From Pseudomonadota bacterium (lineage in GTDB: Bacteria; Pseudomonadota; Alphaproteobacteria; SP197): DNA of 64,000 nucleotides. A program made the position numbers and the translations under genes. The notes below the pieces were generated by a model that was not told where the DNA came from, searched no databases, and saw only the letters and a program-made list of their open reading frames with translations. The stretch spans positions 10,225 to 74,224 of the forward strand of contig JBCCIS010000006.1 of the NCBI GenBank assembly GCA_039028155.1, given 5' to 3'. Positions 8,650 through 16,238 of the stretch are shown one piece after another (the first letter of the stretch is position 1; each line of letters opens with the position of its first letter).

Positions 8650-8941
8650 AATAGATATTGGGGTTCATCACCATCTCCCACACTATATCGAGATCGATCC
8701 ATGGCAAACATGAGAACATTATATGAACATGTGGATAGCATTGGCGTTTGCGAATGTAAAGACGACCACGGACTTGGCGTGACAGCGAAACAAGCAGGTC
8801 TCAAGGCAGCCACTGCAGAACGAAAACTCGGCGTCCATTGATCCAGGTTGATGAAATCCTGACACTCGGGAACATCTCTAACGGAGCGATAGTAGAACGG
8901 CCCCGCACTGGACGCAGGGCCGAACTACTATCCAAGAGCCT

Positions 8942-9256
8942 CTACGACTGCTCGGTGGCTAAGTCCGCCCCGTGGAACCGTAAGTAGCTCCTGAATTGCT
9001 CCGCTAGCGGTCCGCTCTCGAAGGTCCGCGTCTCCTCGTCCTTGGACTGGGCCGCGCATACCGCCGCCACCTTCTCCAGCAGCAGGTCCATCGGCAAGCT
9101 GTCGGCGGCACCGTCGAGCATCTCCAATAGCGCTGCTCCGTTCAGCCACGCGTCCGTTACCGGCACCTCGCCAGCCTCTAGGTGCCCCGATACGACGTCG
9201 GTCAGGCGCTTGGTTGGTATCGTGAGCTGCGCGGTGACTTCTAGTTCGTTGATCAT
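8942..9256 (-). CDS. hypothetical acidic protein (104 aa)
   Basis: Reasonable composition and divergent from the RHH gene across an AT-rich region. No motif recognised. Confidence 0.45.
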   Translation of the reverse strand: MINELEVTAQLTIPTKRLTDVVSGHLEAGEVPVTDAWLNGAALLEMLDGAADSLPMDLLLEKVAAVCAAQSKDEETRTFESGPLAEQFRSYLRFHGADLATEQS

Positions 9257-9327
9257 GGTAGGTCTCCTTGATAGTTATTTACATGTTCCTCACACACTGA
9301 TACTAGATATGAGGAAGATGATACAAT

Positions 9328-9343
9328 TGCATCATCTGATGCA
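9328..9343. promoter_or_regulatory. 16-bp perfect palindrome, candidate operator
   Basis: TGCATCATCTGATGCA lies in the AT-rich divergent intergenic region 9257..9419. Confidence 0.4.
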
Positions 9344-9380
9344 GATTATTAATCAACTGGCGCATTGCGGTCAAGAAGAT

Positions 9381-9398
9381 TCGCATAGGGTGATGCAT
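9381..9398. promoter_or_regulatory. 18-bp box TCGCATAnnGTGATGCAT (copy 1)
   Basis: TCGCATAGGGTGATGCAT lies 22 nt upstream of the RHH gene start. 16 of 18 positions are identical to 18350..18367. Confidence 0.35.
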
Positions 9399-9419
9399 TT
9401 TTCTAAGAGGAAGACTTGA

Positions 9420-9752
9420 ATGGCCGCCAGGAGGATAACGGTCACCCTGCCGGAGGACGTCTACGACGCCCTGACCGCCGAGGCAGAGGAGAGCCAGCGC
9501 AAACTGAGCGACTTGGTCCGCGACGCGGTTACGCAGCTGCTCTCTGGCGATAGATGGCGATCGATAGGCGACGTGGCGGAGGAGTACATCAGGGAGGGCC
9601 TGACGAACGCGGAGGTGCTGGAGGCGGTGAGGGAGAGGTTCCCTGAGGCCCGCACGTCTATGCAGTCGGTGGCCTTCTACCGCTCGCGCCTAAGGAAGGC
9701 CGGCGAAAACGTTATGAGCGATGCCGAAGCTCGCCGTGACAGGATCACGTAG
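9420..9752 (+). CDS. ribbon-helix-helix (CopG/Arc-type) DNA-binding protein with a C-terminal extension
   Basis: 110 aa. The N-terminus RRITVTLPEDVYDALTAEAEESQRKLSDLVRDAVTQLL has the typical RHH pattern. Confidence 0.7.
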   Translation: MAARRITVTLPEDVYDALTAEAEESQRKLSDLVRDAVTQLLSGDRWRSIGDVAEEYIREGLTNAEVLEAVRERFPEARTSMQSVAFYRSRLRKAGENVMSDAEARRDRIT

Positions 9753-9797
9753 TCGGCACTCTGGCTGACCCTTCCGATCCCGTCATCGCAAGACTGC

Positions 9798-10037
9798 TCA
9801 AAGCTTCTTCAAAGCCTCGTCGAGCATCGGAAGCGGATCGACCCCGATCTCGCGAGCCAGCTCCAGGAACTCCACGACGTCTACGCGACGTTCATAACCC
9901 TCCACCTTCGCCACATAGGACTGGGGCTTGCCGAGGCGGTCGGCGAGCGTCTGCTGTGTGAGTCCGGCTGCGTTGCGGGCCTCCACAAGCTTCCGGATGA
10001 GTCCACGATACAAGTCTGTGTGGATCGAGCCCGTCAC
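9798..10037 (-). CDS. XRE-family HTH regulator (79 aa)
   Basis: Trimmed to the GTG at 10037, which has AGAGGAAG 5 nt upstream. IRKLVEARNAAGLTQQTLADRLGKPQSYVAKVEGYERRVDVVEF is a Cro/C1 HTH. Confidence 0.75.
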   Translation of the reverse strand: MTGSIHTDLYRGLIRKLVEARNAAGLTQQTLADRLGKPQSYVAKVEGYERRVDVVEFLELAREIGVDPLPMLDEALKKL

Positions 10038-10070
10038 GCGCTTCCTCTTGAACTGAAGCGCAGAAACGAC

Positions 10071-10105
10071 TAATCCTATTTCGGGATTATCCCAAAATGG
10101 GATTA
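10071..10105. promoter_or_regulatory. candidate operator: TAATCC-N6-GGGATTA plus a third GGGATTA
   Basis: TAATCCTATTTCGGGATTATCCCAAAATGGGATTA fills the 72-nt gap between the divergent XRE gene and the nuclease-like gene and ends 5 nt before the ATG at 10110. Confidence 0.4.
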
Positions 10106-10109
10106 ATCG

Positions 10110-10634
10110 ATGAACAGCGCTTCGGATGGCCTGACCACAACGCAGAAGGGGTCGATCACCGAGTACGCCGTGGCCACGGCGCTCATGCTCGGTTCGAGCG
10201 GTCGCCTGTCGGCGTTCACCCCGCTCGCCGACGACCACGGGATCGACCTCGTCGTGTTCGACAAGCAGACGGGGACAATGCTCCCGGTCCAGGTCAAGTC
10301 CTGGACAAAGGCGCCAAGCCGTCGCGGCACGGTCCAGTTCGACGTCCAGAAGACGACCTACAGCGACGGCTCGACGTCAGTTCTCATCGCCGTGCTCTTC
10401 GATCCCGCTGAAGCGTCGATCAGGATGTCCTGGCTCCTATCGCTTAGTGACGTACCCAGCGTGTCCGTCTCGCGCGCCGGGAAGTACGCCCTCACCCCGA
10501 GCGTCCGGCCGGGCTCTTCGGACCGCTACAAAGCGTTCCGGCACGACAGCGTTCAGTCGATGGTCGGGGCAGTGATCGACCATGTCGAGGGTCGACAGGG
10601 CCCGCAGCTGCGAGCGGCGGCCGAGGGCGAGTAG
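10110..10634 (+). CDS. PD-(D/E)XK nuclease-fold-like protein (tentative)
   Basis: 174 aa. GSITEYAV...DDHGIDLVVFD...LPVQVKS fits an E...D...(E/Q)xK restriction-endonuclease-like core. Confidence 0.45.
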   Translation: MNSASDGLTTTQKGSITEYAVATALMLGSSGRLSAFTPLADDHGIDLVVFDKQTGTMLPVQVKSWTKAPSRRGTVQFDVQKTTYSDGSTSVLIAVLFDPAEASIRMSWLLSLSDVPSVSVSRAGKYALTPSVRPGSSDRYKAFRHDSVQSMVGAVIDHVEGRQGPQLRAAAEGE

Positions 10635-10755
10635 AGGGAAGGGGGAGCAGGACGCTTTTGTCATCCCGCCCCCCGGCGGTGCGCTTGTCGGCGGGTCAGG
10701 AGGTACCCCGCGGGTCGAGAACCCGCCTCACGCCCGTTTCGGTTCTTGATCCACG

Positions 10756-11028
10756 TCAGCTGATGTACGCCGCCAGCCGTGACGCGCCGGCACGTGCCGT
10801 CTGCTCTCGCTCCTGCAACTCGACGACCTTGGCGTAGGCCTGCTTCGCAACAGGGTCCTTGCTTGCCAGGTAGTGGGCCCGGCGCATGTCGCACCCCTCG
10901 CGCTCGGCGATCACCCGCACGGCCCCGTCGTACAGCTGCTCTGCGGACTCGCGTAGCTTGCGGAAGTCGTCGCCCGAGGAGGCGATTGCCTTCTCGACCG
11001 TGCGTAGTGCTGCCTTGTCCTTCTCCAC
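10756..11028 (-). CDS. hypothetical phage-like protein (90 aa)
   Basis: Trimmed from track ORF 10756..11415 to the GTG at 11028, which has AAGGAGG upstream. The discarded N-terminal part is Arg/Gly-rich shadow sequence. Confidence 0.5.
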   Translation of the reverse strand: MEKDKAALRTVEKAIASSGDDFRKLRESAEQLYDGAVRVIAEREGCDMRRAHYLASKDPVAKQAYAKVVELQEREQTARAGASRLAAYIS

Positions 11029-11138
11029 GTTAGCCTCCTTGCGGCGTTGTTCCGGCTCCAACTCAAGCCTCCGATTAGGGTCCGATTCTGGTCTCCCTCG
11101 GGACGTGCCTCGCCACGCGCTTGGCGAGCGGCAATCGG

Positions 11139-11396
11139 TCAGATCCTCAGTGCCAGGATGGAGGTCGCGCTCGTGCCCGTGGCGAGCACCCTGGCAACAC
11201 TGACCGGCAGGAGCGTGCCCGCCGGGACGCCGACGAACATCGCCGGCTCCCCGTCGGTCCCGTGGACGACCACGTCGCCCGCGCCGCCGACGTAGAGCGC
11301 GTGGGTAACGCCCGCTGCGAAGTCGGATGAGTCGTTTGGCGTGACGACCGCGAAGGTTCCATAAGGTCCCTTCAGCGCGTCCAGCGACTTCGTCAT
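11139..11396 (-). CDS. small phage structural-like protein (resembles the RCAP_rcc01079 'spike base protein' family, tentative)
   Basis: 85 aa. THALYVGGAGDVVV...GVPAGTLLPVSVARVLATGTSATSILAL resembles that family as I remember it. Its start overlaps the upstream gene stop (ATGA). Confidence 0.5.
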   Translation of the reverse strand: MTKSLDALKGPYGTFAVVTPNDSSDFAAGVTHALYVGGAGDVVVHGTDGEPAMFVGVPAGTLLPVSVARVLATGTSATSILALRI

Positions 11397-11947
11397 TGCT
11401 CTTCCCCCTCCGCACGCGCCGCTGACATCTTGGCTCCCTCCATCTGCGCGAGCGTCCGGCGCCGGTGTCCGTTGGCGTAGGGCACGCAGAGCAGCCCGGC
11501 GGTCCGTTCGGCCGAGGCCCAGATCCCCCAGCGCAAGTTCTGGCTCTCCTTGCGGGCGATCGCCGACCAGGACCCCGTCAGTGACCCGAGCTCGCGTCCG
11601 AGCGCCTGGTACCTGGACACCGCCGCCTCCAGGGCAATCAGCGCCTCGTCTACACCGGCGGCGGCGTGCAGCCTCTCTGCCGCGATCTCGCGGACCCGTC
11701 GGTCGCGCGCCGCAGCTGCCTCGGCCTGGGCGGCGGCACGCTCGGCGGCCTCGACCTCGTTGGCCAGCGCGATCGCGCTGCTCGCTTCGTCAATGTCCCG
11801 GAGCGCTCGTTCCCGCCGGCCGCGAAGGCGCCCGAGCTTCCGGTCGTCTGCTTCGAGCCGAGCCTGGGCGATCAGTCCCTCGACGTTTCCGAGCTCGCGG
11901 ACGGCCTCGTCGCGCGTACTCGTCAGGCTCTCGACAGTCTCTTGCAT
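11393..11947 (-). CDS. coiled-coil protein (184 aa, scaffold-like?)
   Basis: Trimmed to the ATG at 11947, which has GAGGAG upstream. The protein is Ala/Glu/Arg-rich with heptad-like sequence and is translationally coupled to the next gene. Confidence 0.5.
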   Translation of the reverse strand: MQETVESLTSTRDEAVRELGNVEGLIAQARLEADDRKLGRLRGRRERALRDIDEASSAIALANEVEAAERAAAQAEAAAARDRRVREIAAERLHAAAGVDEALIALEAAVSRYQALGRELGSLTGSWSAIARKESQNLRWGIWASAERTAGLLCVPYANGHRRRTLAQMEGAKMSAARAEGEEQ

Positions 11948-12229
11948 CCGGTTCTCCTCGCGCGCGCTCTCGCGCACGTGTGCGTTTGATCCGACGCCGA
12001 TCTTGGCGCGAGCCCGATCCGGCTGTACGCCAACGATTGTTCGGTGGGCTAGTGGCAGCCGCGTTCTGCATCGATGGATGGACGCCGCGTCAGGCTCCGG
12101 CTTGCTCTGCCTCGCGGACATAGGGCAGCGACGCGGCGAACTCTCTTTCTTCGCCTGCCAATACGGCGAGCGCGTCTTCCTTCGCTTCTAGGCTCGACCA
12201 GGGGGTGTGGACGCCTCGCGACATCTCGT

Positions 12230-12483
12230 CGCGGATCGACCATGCGGTCGAGCTGCGCGGTCGCCCGCTCCAGCATCTCTCGGGCCATCGCCTGCGAGTC
12301 GTCGTCGCCGTCCAGCTTCGCGACGAGCGCCGCGACCCCCGACTTCTCGGCGTTGGGCACGACGTCGTGCAGCGCTTGGAGCAGGTCGCCGACGCGGGCG
12401 CCGTCGTCCCTCTACATGACCGTCACGGTAGCGCCCTCCTGCGCCGGCCGGTCGACGGCGCTGATCTCGTCCATCTTGCGACA
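12230..12483 (-). pseudogene. remnant of a phage head-maturation (XkdF/protease-like) gene with an in-frame TAG
   Basis: My translation: ...KMDEISAVDRPAQEGATVTVM*RDDGARVGDLLQALHDVVPNAEKSGVAALVAKLDGDDD... The TAG is at 12412..12414. The upstream part of the gene is missing where the opposite-strand gene at 12546 begins. The end coordinate is approximate. Confidence 0.4.
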
Positions 12484-12545
12484 CCTTCTCGAGCGCGTCA
12501 CGACCGTTGGACGGCTGAACTCGCGGACTGTAGATTCATCGATGG

Positions 12546-13637
12546 GTGCGGTTGAAGTGGGGCCGCTCCCCTAAACCTGGAAGCGCGGAGATGGCAGCGC
12601 CAGAGCTAAGAATCAAGAATCGTGCCTGCTACTTCAGGAAATCGATTTCGACGCCCAGCTTGAGCAGTGAACGCGTGCTTGCGCGCGACGCGTTCGAGTT
12701 CGCGCTCCTTTGGCTGAAGCGCCACTGCAAGGAGGCCGTTCCCTACTGGGAGCAGGCACGAGCCTACTATCAGGCGAGCGGCCACCTCCCCGCAGAGTCG
12801 TCGCCATTGACGAGCTACTACTGCTTCCTTAACGCGGTGAAGGCCCTCCTGATTGTGAAGGGACAGAAGTTCTCCGATCGGCACGGCGTCAGCGGGGATT
12901 TCGAGTCTTCCAAGCGAGCGCTGGTGAACGAGCAGATAAACTTCCAAGGCGGCGGCGTGATCGCTGCGCTGTCAAGATACCTGAAGGAGGCTGAGACGGA
13001 GAACGTCTGTAACCTAAAAGATGTGCTCTCCAACCTGCCGTTCATTCACAGGGCCTTCCGGCACACGTTCACCTCGCATAGCGAGCTCTTCATCCCGGTC
13101 CGCAACGTCGTGTACCGCAAGCACCCGGACGCGAACTACGTCTGGCTGAGCGCGGATGTTGACGGTCGCTTTGCCGACGGCCGGGCGATGAGGACGCTGC
13201 CGGACGGGCTGGAGCGGGACGGCGGCTACGACGATCGCTGCGTGGTTCGCACGAAGAGGCGGGTACGGTGGCACGGGCACGGGGCAGACGACGATGAGAA
13301 GAGGCGAGCGCTCGCCCGACTGAAGACGTTCCACAGAAAGTGCCGGCGTGACTTCACGTACATCTCCGCCTCTCCAGACCTTTGGTACATAAAGAGGTCC
13401 ATCTCGGGAGCCAAGTCCATAAAGAGGTACAACCTGACACTGATAATCGCGGCGATGCACCGGCTGAGCGAGCTGTCCAGGTACGATCCAAAGGGCCTCA
13501 AGCTCTACCTGGAGGGAAAGGACAACTGGCTCCTGACCGAGTTCATTGAACTCTCGCCTATTCAGTTCGTGGACGAACTCGTCTGTGAAATGACGTCCCT
13601 TGAGTTCTCGGTTCCCGGCGTGCGGCCCAGGGGCTGA
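12546..13637 (+). CDS. YaaC-like family protein (tentative; start uncertain, alternative ATG at 12591)
   Basis: 363 aa. SYYCFLNAVKALLIVKG and AAMHRLSELSRYDPKGL...NWLLTEF resemble the YaaC-like pattern. It runs opposite to all flanking phage-like genes. Confidence 0.55.
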   Translation: MRLKWGRSPKPGSAEMAAPELRIKNRACYFRKSISTPSLSSERVLARDAFEFALLWLKRHCKEAVPYWEQARAYYQASGHLPAESSPLTSYYCFLNAVKALLIVKGQKFSDRHGVSGDFESSKRALVNEQINFQGGGVIAALSRYLKEAETENVCNLKDVLSNLPFIHRAFRHTFTSHSELFIPVRNVVYRKHPDANYVWLSADVDGRFADGRAMRTLPDGLERDGGYDDRCVVRTKRRVRWHGHGADDDEKRRALARLKTFHRKCRRDFTYISASPDLWYIKRSISGAKSIKRYNLTLIIAAMHRLSELSRYDPKGLKLYLEGKDNWLLTEFIELSPIQFVDELVCEMTSLEFSVPGVRPRG

Positions 13638-13683
13638 CGATGGCCGATCGGAGCCGGGCGCTGGACCGACGGGACTGCAGCGG

Positions 13684-14019
13684 TCAGGCGTCCTCGTAGT
13701 ACGGAGTTCTGCGGACGTGCTCCGCCAGGCGCAAGAGGTCAGAGCACTCGGCGTCCTCCGCCCTCTCGGCGCGGTCGAGCAGCGCGGCCAGCGCCTCGTC
13801 GCGCACGGCCGCGCTCTCCCAAGGGACGGGCTCGCGGCCCTCGTCGACCTCGGCGGCCAGGCCGTCGTGGGGGTCGTACACGTGGCCGAGGACGACCCTC
13901 ACCGCGAGATAGCGGTCGGCGAACGGCAGCACGGCCACCCCGCCGGGCGCGACGTAGACCACGTGGAAGGTACCGCGCGGGTCGGGCGGCCGAACGTTCT
14001 CCAGGTCACGCATCGTCAT
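13684..14019 (-). CDS. hypothetical protein (111 aa)
   Basis: It overlaps the terS-like gene stop by 14 nt and is acidic. No motif recognised. Confidence 0.45.
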   Translation of the reverse strand: MTMRDLENVRPPDPRGTFHVVYVAPGGVAVLPFADRYLAVRVVLGHVYDPHDGLAAEVDEGREPVPWESAAVRDEALAALLDRAERAEDAECSDLLRLAEHVRRTPYYEDA

Positions 14020-14494
14020 CGGTGGCCTCCTCGAACTCCGCGTCCACGGCGTCCGCGGCGGGCATCACGAGCCGAGGCGCTGGCGGCAGCGCGCCTTGGA
14101 CGTGGTTGTTGACCTGGACGGCCGTGACGGGCGCGCCGTCCTCGGTGCGCATCGTCTTGTCCATCAGCTTCATGAGCACGCGCGGGTCGACGTGGCGGGT
14201 CTCGAAGCGCATCACCGGCTCGAAGTCGTCGTCCAGGACGACCTCGTCGGTGATCGGGTCGCGCGCCGGCACCCAGCCGCCCACGCCCAGAGCGCAGGCG
14301 GTCTCCACGACGCGCTCGCGCAGACCCTGCCGCGCGACGTCGAGGGCGACGTCCCACCGCCTCGCCAGCTCGGGGTCATCGCGCCACCCGTAGGCGGTCA
14401 TCCTGTTGATGCCGAGCGTTCGCGCCGCCTCCGACACGTTGCCCGTCTCCATCAGGAGGCCGATGAACTCGTCCCTTACGCTAGCCGGAAGCAT
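14006..14494 (-). CDS. small-terminase-like / HTH protein (162 aa)
   Basis: Trimmed to the ATG at 14494, which has GAGGGAGAG upstream. The N-terminal HTH GNVSEAARTLGINRMTAYGWR plus an acidic tail is typical of phage TerS-like proteins. Confidence 0.5.
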   Translation of the reverse strand: MLPASVRDEFIGLLMETGNVSEAARTLGINRMTAYGWRDDPELARRWDVALDVARQGLRERVVETACALGVGGWVPARDPITDEVVLDDDFEPVMRFETRHVDPRVLMKLMDKTMRTEDGAPVTAVQVNNHVQGALPPAPRLVMPAADAVDAEFEEATDDDA

Positions 14495-14756
14495 CGAACT
14501 CTCCCTCGCACTGTGCCCAGCCCGGTGCTCGGCGCGGCCCGCGCGGCCCAAGCCCATGGCGCGGCTCGCGTTCCGCAGGCGGCGACATCCGATCGACAGT
14601 TAGACGCTCCGTTTCGCGCGCGTTTCTGGAAATCTCGGGCAGCGCCGTCTCGAACAACTCGGAAGCCAAGATGATGCGTTTGCACGGTAGCGCATGCCAA
14701 CGTTGATCGGTTTGATAGTTTTCCAGCAGGGCCAAGGGGACAACGCCACGCCTAAA

Positions 14757-15000
14757 GTGACACCGTCACGTGACGTCCAAGCTATTGTTCCGTATGTCTC
14801 TTTGACGATTCTTCTGAGTCATGTGACAACAGAAAGCTCTTTGTACTTCAGCAAGGGTAATGGAAGTCTTCGTAAGGAGACGATTGTGCGTTGTGGCGTT
14901 GATCGTTGTCATGTGACGGCAATTTGGCTGAGTGCTGGATCAAGAAGCAATTCGACTACAATGCGTTAGACGTCACACGATAGCAAAGTGACGCGTCACT
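14757..15000. repeat. array of GTCAYGTGAC / GTGAC-N-GTCAC palindromes (iteron- or operator-like)
   Basis: GTGACACCGTCACGTGACGTC (14757-14777), GTCATGTGAC (14818-14827 and 14908-14917), GACGTCAC (14969-14976) and AGTGACGCGTCACT (14987-15000), all in a lower-GC non-coding stretch. Confidence 0.55.
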
Positions 15001-15068
15001 CAATCGCTCGATACAGCTCCGCCGGGTTTATGGTGAGCAACGAGGACTAAAGCTGAGGGACAATTCTT

Positions 15069-16238
15069 ATGGGAGAAGGAAGGCGTTTAAGTAGAGAAGA
15101 GTTGCATAGGCTAGTCTGGTCGACGCCCATGAGCCGATTGGCATCCGAGTATGGGCTGTCAGGAAATGGTCTAGCGAAGATCTGTAGACGGCTTGATGTA
15201 CCGTATCCTCCGCGAGGCTTCTGGGCCAAAAAGGAGGCTGGTAAGCCGACTGTCGAAACTCAGCTTCCAGAGCGCGGGTCAGATGTACCGGCGAGCATCG
15301 AGATTTCGCCGACTCCGCCTCGACCACAAAGGTCCGCACCCATCGAGGAGGTGGTCGAAAAGGCGTCGACCGAGGCGAGCACTGTAGCTGTACCCGACAC
15401 ACTTCGTAGCCTTCATCCAATGGTTCAGGCGTGGATCGCAGATCACAGACGGCAGCAGAAGGAACAGAAACAGCGTGCGCGCGACCGATGGTCGTGGAGC
15501 CCCAAGCCTCTTGGCGATCTCACGGAGCGCGACAAATATCGTTTTAGAGTTACGAGTGCTCTTCTCAAAGCCATCGAGAAAGCAGGCGGCGAGGTGATGG
15601 ATGCGTCTATCGCAGGAAAGCTGAAGTTGAGGGTATCGGGCGAGGAAGTGAAGTGCGTGATCGTCGAAAAGATGACCCGTCCCCTAAAACCGCCGCAGGG
15701 TGATGCCGCGAGTTGGACTGCCTTTCCGAACCATCACCAGACCGGACTGTATCCCACTGGCTTTCTCCGCGTCGAGATTACGACCTACCTTGGCGAGGGC
15801 AGCAAGCGCAGGTGGATTGAGACCACGAACAGAAAGGTCGGCGCACTTCTCTCTGCGATAGTGGGTGAGTTAATTGCGGCCGGGCCTGTCCTCGTTGATT
15901 TGCGCCGCAAGAGAGAGGAACAACGGCGCAGATGGCAACAAGAGGCTGAGCAACGCTACGAACGTCAGAGACTGGCGAAACAGGATGCTGAGAGATGGAC
16001 AAGATTTCGAGATTTGGCGGAAGTCTGGGATCAGTGTGAGCGGGTCGATCGCTTTCTGGATCAGATTAGAGTTCGTTTGGTGGAAGATGATCAAGCCGAG
16101 ATTGCCGGAAAGTCCTTAGAGCAGTGGCTTTCCTGGGCGGAAGCTAAGCGGACTTCGATGGATCCATTTTCCGGCTCCGTCGAAGATCTGTTTAACAGAG
16201 TCGTTCACGCACCTGAGCCCAGTCGATCAGTCCTCTAG
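15069..16238 (+). CDS. hypothetical protein (389 aa) with an HTH-like N-terminus and a charged coiled-coil C-terminal half
   Basis: GAGGGA lies upstream of the ATG. The N-terminus LHRLVWSTPMSRLASEYGLSGNGLAKICRRLDVPYPPRGFWAK looks like a conserved DNA-binding-type module. I cannot name a family. Confidence 0.6.
   Translation: MGEGRRLSREELHRLVWSTPMSRLASEYGLSGNGLAKICRRLDVPYPPRGFWAKKEAGKPTVETQLPERGSDVPASIEISPTPPRPQRSAPIEEVVEKASTEASTVAVPDTLRSLHPMVQAWIADHRRQQKEQKQRARDRWSWSPKPLGDLTERDKYRFRVTSALLKAIEKAGGEVMDASIAGKLKLRVSGEEVKCVIVEKMTRPLKPPQGDAASWTAFPNHHQTGLYPTGFLRVEITTYLGEGSKRRWIETTNRKVGALLSAIVGELIAAGPVLVDLRRKREEQRRRWQQEAEQRYERQRLAKQDAERWTRFRDLAEVWDQCERVDRFLDQIRVRLVEDDQAEIAGKSLEQWLSWAEAKRTSMDPFSGSVEDLFNRVVHAPEPSRSVL

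Noticed and set aside
8701-8841. 46-aa ORF (MANMRTLYEHVDSIGVCECKDDHGLGV...) in the AT-rich gap after vsr
   Set aside because: No RBS, no recognisable motif, and too short to judge. Left unannotated.
11029-11415. N-terminal extension of track ORF 10756..11415 (the 219-aa form)
   Set aside because: The extension is RRRGRRGR-type sequence and overlaps the better 85-aa gene at 11139..11396. An internal GTG with AAGGAGG gives a sensible 90-aa protein.
12049-12360. 103-aa ORF as an intact gene
   Set aside because: Only its first ~45 residues look protein-like, and they continue the frame interrupted by the TAG at 12412. The remainder is Arg-rich. I interpreted it as part of a pseudogene.
14694-14969. 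91-aa ORF within the palindrome array
   Set aside because: No RBS, odd composition, and it is built from the repeated GTGAC motifs. More likely non-coding regulatory DNA.
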